From positions 46,872,001 to 46,936,000 of the forward strand of contig CM060731.1 of assembly GCA_030704615.1 (NCBI GenBank): a stretch of 64,000 bases of DNA. Reading direction: 5' to 3'. The position numbers and the translations under genes are program-made. Of this stretch, positions 11,831 through 25,300 are shown piece by piece. Every line of letters starts with the position of its first letter. Position 1 is the first letter of the stretch. The DNA is from Takakia lepidozioides. Taxonomy: Eukaryota > Plantae > Bryophyta. A model generated the notes under the pieces. The model did not search any database. It was not told where the DNA came from and was given only the letters and a program-made list of their open reading frames with translations.

Positions 11831-13092
11831 AAATATAAATAATGTTCTCCTGGTTCATCCCTCACCATGTATTTGGTCACAGTGTTTGCTTCATGGCCCC
11901 TCAATGTGGTTTTAATTTTTCCCAATAAAATTCAATAAAATTTATGAGTCCCCCTAGCAAATTTATTAAATAAAAAAAAAACTACTGAAGAGTGAATTTC
12001 AAAGTGCAAAGTTGTGACTGGGGGCTACTTCCCCTCTTTATGTTTTAAAAAAAAACAAAAACAAAAAAATAAAGTTTCAATATTTTCAATAAACTTTCCA
12101 GGGCTACAATCTACAATCCCCCTGTTCTCTAAAAAATAAAAAATCCCCCTGTTATTTAAAAAAAAAAAAAAGTTGGTTAGAAGGCAAGTATTTACCGGTT
12201 AAGGAAAATCTGGTGGGTAGTTGAGGGCAGCAGACCAACGGTCCAGAGAGTGGTCTGCAGGATATCAAACGACCCCTGCCTCTTCACACTTCGGCGGCTG
12301 CTTCTCAAGCTTTCCCGCACTGCACTCTGCCATCCTCGTGCCTGCAAGATTGCCTGCCTGCGCTTTCATGCTGCCCGATTTGAATCGCATGCTTCCTTCT
12401 CCAGGGCTGCCTTCAATTTTTTTCTCGTTACACATTTGTTTCTGGGTCGGAGGCTGTCCTGTGTGGGATGTCTCCCCGCCGCAGTCATTGAGGGAGAAGC
12501 AGTTTGATGAGGCTTTATGAACAGTTTGTGTCTGTGCTTAGAGTTCTACTTATCTTCTGGTGGGTTGGGTTTGAGAGTCCTGGCGATATATAATCTGGTT
12601 TACCCTTCGTCGCTATCTCTGTCGCTATCCCTTCATTTTGATAATCTGCAATGGGAATGGAGTTCTCTTGCAGTGAAAAACCATAGTATTGGGATTGCTA
12701 TACCTCAAGCTCGGTGCCCATGGGGTGATGATATCTGTGACCGTCAGTAGTTTGTTTTCGTCAGCCATCTGTTCTCAGTTTGATCAAGTCTCTTCATTCA
12801 CGTTTGTGGATTTGTATTGAGTTGACAGCAACGACACTCTCCTTCAAATTGGTCTTCATTTGTTACGTGATTACAAAATTCTACACCTGCTGGCTGAGCT
12901 GCATCGGGGGCATAGTTCCTACAGGCGAGTTTGTCCACCTGCTGGCTGCACCGTCAGATTGTTGGTTGAAGAAAATTACAGCAGGAAGGTAGGTACTGAA
13001 AGCATTTAGCCCAAACCGGGGGTGTCATTTTAGGGTTCTGATCTCCATGCACGTGAAAATTTGTGACCTCGGAAAGAGATAAATCTCAATTG

Positions 13093-16000
13093 ATGGGGTT
13101 CAGACAACTGGGGATCCCCCGCAGAAGGCTGGTGCGGCGGGTTCTTCAATCGACTGAGCAGCTGGTGGGTTCTAACCTCTTTCTCCATCTTTTCCCGCCC
13201 TTCTCCACTCCTGCGGCAGGGCTGCAGCCATCTCCATACCTGAGGCTTGGCCTCAGGCAGCAGCAGTTCTGGTCATTGTCGACGCTGGTTGATCGGCTGT
13301 TGAATGAGGGGAAGCGAGACGAGTGCTCAATTCGTGAGGGGGATGCAACTCCAAGCCTGCCAAGTAGGGCTGTCCTTGTACAAGAGAGTAATTTGTTCAG
13401 AAGCTTTCCAGTGACCCACAAAGGCTGGAGGCAAGATGAGTTCAGGAGATGGGGGGAGGGTCCCGAGGGATCGAGGTGGCTTACTACTTACAGCCGAATC
13501 TTACAAGAATCTGCCAGGGCTTCCACTTCTTCGGCGAGAGCTGAGGCTGTGCAATACAGTGGTGACGAGGACGATGACGACCGGAAGGCGAAGAAGGAAA
13601 AGGAGAAGGAGGCTTCCCCCGATGACTGTGATCAGGCGGTTGAGGGATTGAGCTCTCTGAAGGCAAAAATGAAGCAGGCAGAGAAAGAAGCCTCAAAGAA
13701 AAATGAGGGATGGATGGTGAAGACTCGAAATGCAATTTCTGGAATTGGGCCAGCGATGAAAGCCATTGCTTCAATGAGCAGGCAGGCTTTACTACTACTT
13801 CTCACACCAGCAGCATGCCAGAGACCATTTTGGATTACCTTCATTTGATGGATAAAGCTACAGTGTTTGTTGTGAATTTCCATCTGAGTTTTTATGTGTG
13901 ATTTCTCTCATGTACCATTGTTTGTGTGAGCCCCTTCCACATTATGTGTATCTCTGTGTGTCATTTGTCCTCTTCTTTCTATGTATTTCTGAAGTTTTCT
14001 TCTCCTCTGTGTGGTCTGTGTATGCACTCTTCTCCTCTTTTTCTGTCTTTGTAATGTTCTTCTTTCTTTCTTTCTTGGTGATTGGTTTATTCCACAGTTT
14101 TACCTATTCTTGCATCTTTCCTTGCCTTGGATATGGTCTCCTTCTCCTTCTTTGGATACTTTTTACATGTAAGTCTGCACTGACTCGGATATGTGTCTGT
14201 GGTTACAAATGTGCTCACTTAGGTGTCCTACCATAGGAGACATCACAGCAATCTTGGGATTGCAGCACATGGCTAAGTGGATGGAACTTAGGCAGTTAAA
14301 GCTTTTCAGAGAAGATTATGACCTCATAGAGCTAGTTGAATTCAAGGTCCTGATAGTTTCACAGTACGAAGTTTGTCACTGTTTAGGAGGACATGGATTG
14401 GATCCCTGATTGTCGTGCAAGCATCCTCATAGTTTCGCGTCACTCCACAGATTTGCTCTATACCAAGCAGTTTTGATGACCAGGGTTCCCTTTTTCAGTA
14501 CTGGTTGTTGGGAAGATCAGCAATAAATGATTTGCGGTATAGAGGTTTCTGAAAACAATGTTGAGGAGAGCAGTAGTTTCTAGCTGCAGTGTTAAGGTCA
14601 ATTGCTGCTTTACACCTGTAATTATCTACCTGTAATGATTTTGGGTATAGAGGTTTCTCTAGTTCCTTGAATACAATGTTGAGGAGAGCAGTAGTTTCTG
14701 TAGAGTCTGGCCTTGTATCTAGATTCTAATGTAGAGCTGTACAAGTGTTTTATTAATCAGAAGCTAGGGTTTAGGTTCAGGGTTTAAGCTTGTTTATTAT
14801 TATGGTGCATGATTGATATCTACTCCTAAGGTTGAAATTTTGACAAGATTGCAACAATTTGCTGAAAATGCTTTCTCTGGTTGGTTTAGATCTCTCCGAT
14901 ATTGCCAGATTTAAATTCTTCATATCAGTGATCTGGATTGAGACTGTAAATGGTTGTCTGGCAGGCAAGATTGGGCAACGAAGATCCAGGGGTGGAAGAA
15001 GTCATTTTGGCTGGAGTTGCAGCACTATTGGGTAGGAACAAAGCTTCTGTGGGCAGATGTGAAAATCTCATCACGACTCCTGCTGAGGCTGGCTAGTGGG
15101 AGGAACCTAACGCGGCGAGAGAGACAGCAGCTTACCCGCACGACAGCAGACATTTTCCGTTTGGTCCCCTTTGCTGTGTTTATCCTTGTGCCGTTCATGG
15201 AGTTTCTGCTACCAATTGCACTCAAATTGTTTCCCAATATGTTACCATCTACCTTCCAAGACAAGATGAAGAAGCAGGTCTGGTGCTTGTTCTCCCATCC
15301 TATCTTATATAGGGTCTATATATCTCCTGTTCAGCATCCAGTATGATGGTCAAGGTCCTTCTCAAATCTCTTTGTATGTGTCGGATTTTGAGAAAATTGG
15401 TAAAGGCAAGTGAAAATTGCTGTTGACACCACTGGGTTTCCTTAATTGCAGGAGGAAATGAAGAAGCGGTTGAATGCAAGGATGCAGTATGCCAAGTTTT
15501 TGCAAGACACTGTGGGAGAGATGGCAAAGGAGCTTAAAACTTCCCGTAGTGGAGAGCTTCGCCGGACTGCCGAAAACCTGGATGATTTCATGTCTAAGGT
15601 TCTGCCTGTCTTTGTTTTGCATTTATCTTCTCAGTAGGGGTGGGGATGGGTGAAGAGCATCAGAAACAGCTTGCTGAGCAAATGATCAGAGAGGGTTTAG
15701 CTGCCTTGGCGCTGGGGTTTTGCACCTAACGTCATAAATCGTCACGACCCCAAATTACCATATGAATTTGCGGGTAACTGTGATAAGCCCTGCGTTCAGA
15801 ACTGGTCTAAAAGATTGAATGTTTAAGATGGGTTAGCCAAGGATAAGAATATGACCTTGTAAATCCATTTGGTGTCTGCAATGTGGACATGGATAAGCTG
15901 TTGTCAATTTGGATCAGCTTCATGCTTTCAAAATTCAATGTTCAGGTGCGGACAGGCGGGAATGTACAAAATGAGGAAATTTTGCGATTTGCAAAGCTCT

Positions 16001-19000
16001 TCAATGATGAGTTGACACTTGATAACATAAGCAGGTGCAGTGTTCGTATTCTTTGTGCACTGTTTAGGTATGTTAGGCTATTTGGATACGATCTAATGAA
16101 GTCTTCTGGAGCTTATGATCTTTATGTTTATTGCCCAGTCGGGCCATTCCTTTCTAGCACTAAATACTACTTGTGACTAATGCCTTAGTTTGATTTGCAG
16201 GCCAAGGCTAGTGAGTATGTGCAAGTACATGGGCATTCAGCCCTATGGCACTGATGCCTATCTGCGCTACAGCCTCCGTACCAAGCTGGCCTGGTACAGC
16301 CTCTCCTCCTGTTTAAATCTACCAGCATACTAAATCATGAGCCTTTTAGAAGATCGGAATGCTAGGCAGATGTATGTCATATCCTGAGGATGTATTACGA
16401 CTGCTGTGCTAGTTGCAATACGATGGCATGGGAGAGCGAGCTGTAAGGTATGCGGTAAACACATGTTCATCTGGTCGCCCGTCACTATACAGGATGACCC
16501 TTGGGAAGTTTCTGGAACTCATGGGAACTCTGTTTTAGAAGTGTTGGACTGAAAACCTGGCATGTCAACTACAATAGTCAAAGCCTAGCGTGTAGCGAGC
16601 CTGGTGTGATGACTTTGGTACACTGATTTTATGAACGGGTTATTGAATGGGGTATCAGGATCAAGCAAGATGACAGGATGATTCGAAGTGAAGGCTTAGA
16701 CTCACTTTCAGAATCAGAGCTCCGGGCAGCTTGTAGAGAACGTGGAATGCTGGGCCTCTTGTCTGCGGAGGAGATGCGGCTGCAGGTAAACGCTTTTCCC
16801 TTGCTACTATCTAGCTTGTTTCTGATTCTCCTTTGTCACCTCCAGCTCCCTAAACCAGACATTGCCTGGACAAGGCTTCTCTAGTGTCGTGGCAGTTTTG
16901 TTCATATTTCCTACCATGGTTTGTTATATCCCCACCATTGACTCCAGGCAGCTGTGTCCTGTGTGACTTTCCCTCAAGAACATGTCGTGACGATGATGTC
17001 AATTTTTAACGGTCATGGTAGGCCTTACCCTGTGTGTTTGGCTGATGGTTAGTGTATGGCACCACTTTTACACGGAGGTTTATGGCAGTGGCCTTATTGT
17101 AACCTTTCTCAGTATCCTTGCAAGTCTGATGTTTCATTACTAGGAGGCCACTGTCTGAATACACATTCTCCAGGTTGACTGGCCAAAGGGCAAAGAAGCT
17201 CCAGTGAGTTGTGCTGGATTGGGATTTGGTAAAACCTAGGGCTGCAATATTGTTGGTCCTTCGTGAGGAATTTGGAGTCAAATGTATGAGTGGCATATAT
17301 TGTTTTGCATAGCTCAGTTTTGAGTGAGCTATATAGCTTGAATGTGATGTGGACTACTTATTGGTTGGGTCACACAAGGTTTGCGATGTAGTTGTTTGCG
17401 AAGTTCACGTGTGCTGGAAATTCTCGCTGTAGTTCTACTGTGATGCTGCTCTCGATATTGCCTGGTCTTGGATTTTAGTTGGTCAGGTTTCATTGTTTGT
17501 CCGCATGAGCACTGATCCGGAGAGGGAATTGTTGTGTGTTCCTACAGCTGACAGATTGGCTGGATCTGTCTCTGAACCACTCTGTGCCTTCTTCCCTCCT
17601 AATACTGTCAAGGTTAGTTGCCTGTACTGCGTTGTAGTCCTAGCATTGGAATCTTACCTTTGCGGAATGTTGCTACACCTTCACCAGAAATTTTCTGACC
17701 CAACTCCTATGACCTGGATTGTACAGGGCATTCATAGTGGCCGGTCGATTGAGACCTGAGGAGGCAGTGCAAGCCACACTGTCCTCTTTGCCGGATGAAG
17801 TCATTGACTCTGTGGGCCACGCAACTCTTCCGAGCGAGGAGGCACTAGAGGAACGCAAGCGCAAGCTGGAATACTTGCAGCAAGAGGAGGAGCTGATTAA
17901 GGTATCGTGATCACCTCCTGAATTATACTCTGCTAGCCAATCAATCCTTACGATATTGCTGGAATGCAGGAGATAGGCAATGTATGCTTTGTCAGTGCAT
18001 TGTTCATGGAGCAGGTTGCTAAACCTTGAAGTTGTCCAAAACATTTTGGGTGGCTTGGTCTAACAGGTGTTTCTCTAGCATCCTGATAAACCTGAAAATG
18101 TACTGAGCGTAAATCAGTGTTTGACTTTAGGGTGGATTATTTCCCTTCTGGCGCATTCTCTGGTAGCCAGCTGAGAGCTTTTCTGGCATATTAGCATCTC
18201 CAAATGTTTCAGTGAGACAATAATTACAAGATATAGAGTATTGACCACTAACTACATGGATTCCCGACTAGTTCAATACTTCTCCTAGTCAATCAGGATT
18301 TTCACCTTAGTGTAGGAGGAGCTAACAGTCTGGTTCCTCTTTTTTGAGTGGCCAGAATGCTACGGCCAACAAAGTCTTATGAGTACATTCTTCTCTTTTG
18401 AACAACTTTGTGAGCTCAAACTTTACCAGGCTCTGACATAGACATATAGCTGCTAATTTTTTGATGTCAACTTGATATTGCAAATTGGGACGCTTGTCTC
18501 TCAAAAAATTGTTCTGGTCCTTTAATGCTAAGAGGCTTGAATAATTTTGAGGCGGCAAGCCTCCCTCTCCCTACATCTGTCTCTCCAGATGGAAAAACAC
18601 ACACACATACGCACAGCATTCTGCAATCTTCAGACTGCAAATATTGGTCCTGATGGGTGCCCTCCCTGAACCCAGAAGGGTCGATCATAAGCCGGTTATA
18701 TGGTCCAAATTACCTCATCTGGACGAGACAAGATATCCCAAGCTAGGCAGGACAACCATTCTTGGAAGCAAAGGTGGGCGGGACCTGAGCCTGTCTTCGC
18801 CTTTCCTTATGACTGACGACCAATAGTTCAAATGAAGGCTGTTTTTCAAAACTCTTTGATCCCATGGTAAGAGATGATTTCGTGGCAGTCAGATTTCTAC
18901 TTGTAGGTACTATCCAGCTAAAATTTTATGGATGTCCATTTAAACTTGAGTGAAAGGTAGTGCCAATTGCTTCGGTCAGGAAGGCTACAAGCAACCATTC

Positions 19001-21468
19001 AGCCCTGGGACCAGTTTAGATACGTCTTAAGCTAAGGTAGCCCAAAGTTGCTGTCCTTAGCAGAAAGGGAAATACAGGAGATGTGTTTGTTTTTAGTTAC
19101 TACTAGCATCTCTCTCTACCTTGCATCTTAAAAGTTGATCATTAGGGGAATATTTCCCTTCTGTCTCCTTTCAATGCTTGGGTTGTCCAAGTGTATTTCT
19201 CTCTTCCTAACAAGGGCACAAGCTATAAAATGTCATATGAATTGTAAGAGAGTGTAGAGAAATGCTATTTCCTGTCGGTAGTGCCAGATCAGAATATCTA
19301 GCACAGCCTTAGACCTACATTGTCGTGTAGAGCATCGTAGATATCTGATGAAGAGGAATGCATGTGAGTAGTACGTTATTTTATGGGTAAACAGCTTTTG
19401 TCTATGTTGGCTTGCTGAGAGAGTCCTGGTATGCACTTGGGTTTGTGGTTATTGTTTGTGCTTCGCACTGCGATAGTAGCTTGGTCTTACAAGTCTTCCA
19501 TATGTTTCTTGTCTCTTGTATGGTTCTTTTGTGCAGGAAGAAGAGGAAAACCAGGAGAAGAGGAAGAAGGTTGCAGAGGGCTCCGATGAAAAGGACCAGG
19601 CACTTCAAGAGATAATACTGGCAACGGCGCGTGAGGCCCAGGAGCTTGCAAAGACTAAGTCTGTTGACAAAAGGGAAGATCTCTGCAAGCTGAGTGGTGC
19701 TCTTGCTGTGCTGGCATCAGCATCGGTAAGATTCACTTCAAGTGTGTTTAAGGGAAGTGTGAGCCAGTAGACCTGGAACATATCACTCGCTCACGTTGAA
19801 GAGCTGGATATGTGTGGTTGTGCTGATTTGCTTGGGTTCTTTGTGTAGTCCCACCTAATTCTGTTGTGTGCAGCAACTTCTTACAGCAACTGATTGTCTG
19901 TCTAATCTGCCTATTATCCATTTTTCTCTGTTTTCATTGGGCAAAACATGTCTGGCTGCAGTCTGTCAGTAAGGAGCGTGGAGAGTTTCTGAGGCTTGTA
20001 CAGAATGAGGTATTTTGGTCTCTTTGCTGTCCCTAATTCTTTCTGTTATGTGTGGATGTCTTTTCTATCTATCCCTGTTCTCTGCAGTGTGACGTACTGT
20101 GCAACCTTTGCCACATGTGACACATTTGTGATCAGGTAGTCTCAATGTAGCAGTGCTGAAATTAATATCCTACTTTGGGGTACATTGCCTTGTCGGTTGA
20201 AACCTCACAAGTCTGGGAGGTTCAGTATCGTGCAGAGTATGCAATCAGGGTGTGCTATAGACAAATGCATACACTTCTCAATCTCTCTTTATGTCCACAC
20301 ATAAAACCCTTTGGCTGCAGGCAGAAATCACTCACTAAACTACCAACACCCTAACCAAATGTGGGGTGCAGATTGTGCTGTATAACAACATGGTAGATAA
20401 AGAGGGGACCCCAGATGCTGAGAAGGCCCGCAAGGCATACCGTGCTGCCCGGGAACATAGCCACCAGCAAAGTGAAACGAGTCCGGACCATGTTTCATCT
20501 GCCCTGATTGAAAGGGTATGTGACTGGCTTACTTGTTTGTGAGTTTTGTTACAAGGTCATTAAGAAGTATGGATGTGGCTTTTTGCGTAAGGGATCAAAG
20601 CTGGGCGAGTCCTTTTGGTCTAGATACGAACTGGGATGATGTGCCAAAGAGATAGCCAATTGGAGGAACTATAATCACAGTGTAGGGCATTGGACTGGAG
20701 TTCAAGCACTGAAAGTGCTCTGGTGCAGGTGGATGCCATGCTACATAAGCTGGAAAAGGAGCTTGATGATGTGGATGTTAAGATTGGTGATCGTTGGAGG
20801 ATGTTGGACAGGTATGCCTGCTTGGATGCGTGCTTGCATGGATGTGTCAATGAACATAACTGATAAAGGGTCATGGTGCTAGTTTAGTACTATTTGGAGC
20901 AATGTTCCACTGACAGTCTACAAAATGCCGTAAACAGGGCTGAGACAGGCGTTTGGGATGGGGTGTGGGAACAGAGACTATGATGGGAAGGTGACTCCTG
21001 AGGAGGTGGCGGCAGCAGCCATGTATCTCAAAGACAGTCTCGATAAGGAGTCCATTCATGAACTTATCAGCAATTTGGCCAAAGACGCAGGTAACTCAAC
21101 TATGATCAATTGGCATTTTCTGCCTGTGTGTGTGCACTCTGTATCATGGTTGTGATGCAAACATTAAAGAAGAAAGCATATGATGCCCTCATGGAATGGA
21201 TGTAGATTGAGTCTCAGGGAAGTGCATTTCAAGAGAAATTGAAGTGATCAGATACTTGCCTGTGTGAGAGAGGATGAGATTCTACTCCTCAATGCACTGG
21301 AAGTACTTCCTTTCCTTACCACCTATGATAGCCAAATTGATACTAAAGTTTTGGATGATGGCAGATGGTAAGATATTAGTGCAGGACATAGTGAAGCTGG
21401 GGACTATGTCAGAGGCTGCAGAAGGGGACATCGATGAAATTGCCAATAAGCCACAACACCTTGCTTAG
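13093..21468 (+). CDS. LETM1: Mitochondrial LETM1/MDM38-family proton/calcium exchanger with EF-hand
   Basis: 14 in-frame coding exons: 13093-13781, 14965-15277, 15452-15598, 15946-16034, 16201-16293, 16659-16785, 17548-17612, 17727-17901, 19537-19725, 19962-20009, 20372-20515, 20729-20811, 20975-21090, 21365-21468. Motifs [52 protein letters not shown]-hand [12 protein letters not shown]. First coding intron is GC-AG. Confidence 0.95.
18328..18391 (+). mobile_element. Intronic LINE 3'-end family, copy A
   Basis: TGGCCAGAATGCTACGGCCAACAAAGTCTTATGAGTACATTCT matches the 3' terminus of copies B-E. Confidence 0.75.
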
Positions 21469-22336
21469 TTACTACTAAGCTATTTTTCTTTTTGCTGAGA
21501 TAGATGTGAACCGGATATATAGTTGACAAGGCCTCAATGGCCTCCCTATTGAGTTGTTGTAGTTGTTTGCTGACAATAAGCGGATGGCCTTGATGTCAAG
21601 GGGAGTAGAAGTATCTCAATGGCAGAAACAAATGCCTAAACGCATGGGTTTCAGTGAGTTTTAGATTCTTATTTACAACAACTGCAACGGTGTACTCTGC
21701 CCATATTTGTTACAAGCTGTGTATTCAAACGTATTGGTTGGATGTTGGGAAGCATTCATCGTCTGCTGCAGATGACTCTTTGAATATTTTTCAGGTGCAG
21801 CAGGACATCATTAGTTTTCAGGTTAGGTAATTCTATCTTTAGGTAATTCTATCTTCAGGTTAGGTAATTCTATTCCCAGTGAAATTTATTATGTGGACAA
21901 ACTCTGCCTAGAATTAGCCTAGAATTAGTGCAATTAGCCTTTTGAAATCTTGTGAGAGCTAGTCTCTTTAACAAAGCAGACACTCCTATGTAATTAGCAC
22001 CCCCAATCACTAATGCACGAGGAGGAATCACATCTCCAGCTCATTGCTGTACATCCATCATTGATTAGAAGAAGACAGTACATATGATCAATGACAGAAT
22101 AGGACTGATTAGCCGAGCAATCTCCTCGAGCATTGACCCTCGAAAGAAACATAATCTCCCAGCTGGTGAAACATTTTCTCTGTGGGGTAGTTCTCTTGAC
22201 AGGCAAGTTCCGTTTTCTACTGAATAATATTCAGTTGAAATAATCCCCTTTCAAAGGGGGACACATGAAAAATTGGTTTCTCAGAAGCATAACTATAAAG
22301 GACCTTGATGGAAGAAGGAAACGTGCTCATCTCTTG

Positions 22337-25300
22337 CTACTTTCCTTTCAGCTTGGAGTGCATGTACATGCCTGATCCCAAGAAACCAAATATCTGTCCT
22401 AACACATTTAACTGCAGCCGACCAAACCATAGTGAAAATTAGCCCACATTAGCAGTACAGTTGCCAGACAAGTCTCCAGGCTCCTAGTTAACCCCGCCCA
22501 ACCAACTCAATCTTACTTGTGCTTAAGATGTAGCTGTACTTCTCTATGCCTGTCACAATGAACCAAAGAACCCTCTTTTGACCTTGCTTAAAATTGAGAA
22601 ATACCACCACATAGCGACCTGGACTGGCAACACTGCCCAGGAAGGTTCTGTTTATGGACTTGGAGGACTAATGAGTAGTGTGAAGTAGTAGTTTTCACAC
22701 TACTGCAACCTGACCTGGGCCACCTGACTGGATTGTTTATGTATTGACCCAAATGGCAAATGGTGACAACTTTGCTGAAATTAAGACAAGCACAGTTGGA
22801 AAGAGATTAAAAAGTTGGTGGCAGCTCTTTGAATCTAATTCCTCTCCAAGAGACCCTCCTCAATAGTTTAAGATTTGCTGTGGAACAAGAAGGGAGACAA
22901 AGACATTACCCAATCAAATGGTAGACCCCCAAACCAGATCCATCCGAACAGTACCGTTCCCACATCCTGGCCAACCCCGCCCCACTCATCCCTGTTAGAT
23001 GGCCGATGCTTTCCATTCCTCTTCAATAGAATGAGCTTACTTCACAAGTGTAATGCTTTGCCATAGCTGCAAACTAAGGGTCTCATAGGTGTCCCATGGC
23101 GGGTTTCCAGACTGAGTTTCTTCTAGCTGCCACAAACACTGATGAGACTTGAATAGCAGAGCATAGTTATACTGAAAATGATGAAGAAGGAAGGTAAACC
23201 TTGAGAGTTCCACACATAGTCTGTGTGAGAGGAGAGTTAAGTGTAGTGTTCAGGAATATGGTGTAGTTTAGGCAGAACGCCATTATACATGACAGCACCA
23301 TCACTACCTGCACCCAGAGAATCCCTCTGTTGGATTATCATACTCAGAATCAGACATTTTGCAGGATTTAATCTGACTAAAACATCATGGGTATCGAAGA
23401 AAATGATTTAACGATGCACACTTTTCTCTCAGAATTTCTACAACCCTGAATCTAGGTACTCCATACCCTGATGTCAGCAAAGTCACTGCTACTATCCACT
23501 TGGCCATTTGTAGGAATAAACAAAGTTTGATATGAACCAACATCACAGCTCGCAGATAAGTCCATTTCAAAGAGAGTGTGCACAGAATGTACTCGTGAGA
23601 CACTGTTTGCTGTAGCCTTGTGGCCATAGAGCCCCCGCCCAGTTTGGATGGAACAAGAGGGAACAGACATTACCTTTGTTAGGGCCTCACTCCAGTGGTA
23701 GGACTTAACTTGGTATAAACTGGTTCGGGCTTTCCAGATTTCCTCTAGAAAGCCCTTCACACAAGCATGATCTGCTGTGTGTGAGCTGCCCAGCAATTAG
23801 ATCCCAACAGGGCCAGGGCTTTAGGCTCAGCCTCAAGATTTTGAAAGTTGATGAACAGAGGTGCAGGGACGATGTTCTTGATGGTCCTGACAAGGGTCGC
23901 TCTCTGATGAGAATACCCCAGACATTGCATCAGACATGGATATTGTCTTCAGGCCACCCGCACATCGGGCATGGACACTCTCCCTTTCCTCCCTGCATCT
24001 GTTTATTGAATCCCCGCCCTGAGTTTAAATTTCAGTCTAGTGCGAAGGATAGGTAGGCCCTTCAGATTATCCTCAAGGTCCTCACCCATGTCACAAACTG
24101 GAGATAAGTATAGGGAAGTTTTATGCCTAACTTCATCAGTGTGTGAAGAGAGAGGGAGACAGAGAGAGAGATGTGTGAATGAGATCCATGAAAGGAAACC
24201 ATTGTGACTACCTGGAAGCCTACAACATGCAGGGACTGAAAGTGCAGGGCCATGCCAAGCTCACCACTGAGCAGGATCCACAGAAACAAGATTGGCCCAC
24301 AGATGATGCCTGCACACAGTCCATGTCATACTACATCATACATTGCCCTACCATACCACGTCAGCGGCTCATGCCTCGTTGCACCAGCAGCCACCATGGG
24401 AATCTCAACATGAGGGGGATATGAGAAGTGAAAGAAAGAAGAGAGAGACAGAGGGAGAGAGAGAGAGAGAAAGAGAACAAGATAATGGGGCCAGTTTTTC
24501 TAAGGAGGGAAGCGCACTATCTAAGTTACAATATTTTACCACCGGGGTTGTGGGAAGGTACTGAGGCCAAAATATGGTGGAATGGTTGGGTTTCAGTGAG
24601 TGTTGGGCACCCTGACCTCTCAAGAGCATAGTTGCTCATATCAAATCAGAGCGTGAGAAAGCCAATCCAAGCAGACAAAAGAGCTAGAAATTCAGTAATG
24701 ACTCATCGAAGCTTGTGAGAGGGTTTGAGGGGGAAGGATTTCACACTGTTGCACCACATGAGGCCAAAGCTATTGAGCCCTGTTGTTTTTCCTGCCAAAT
24801 GCCCACATTGCTGCACCGTCATAATTTCTCCAATACTGGGACCAACATAGATATCAGCTGCAAGGGACTCACTCACATTACATACCGAGACGAGAAATGG
24901 TGGAGAGGTAAATTGCAGTGGTCAAGTTGGAGAATATCACAACTGCGTAGCCTCTGAGGTCGAATGACAAATCCCTGGAGCCGGCTATGAAGGCTCCCAC
25001 CACAATTATGGCAACACTGCGAAGACAAGCCCACAGATTGTCTAAAACAGTTTGAATGCCAGCTCGAGTGACCATCACAGTTGCCAGATACACTTAGCAG
25101 ATATGATGCACTGCAAAGTGAACAGCTTACTACATGAAAAAGTTGACATGGAAATGGCCACAGGGAAGGCCAGGACTCGAGATGACTTACCTAGTGATAA
25201 TGGGAGATGAATGTTTTTGCCCGGCAAGCATGAACTCCATGACCATAGTGAACAACACAGTTGTCCGACGGAGAGTGGTGTACATAGGCACATTCACACC

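Noticed and set aside
14765-14787. Interstitial telomere-like TAGGGTTTAGGTTCAGGGTTTA
   Set aside because: About three degenerate units; too short to be meaningful.
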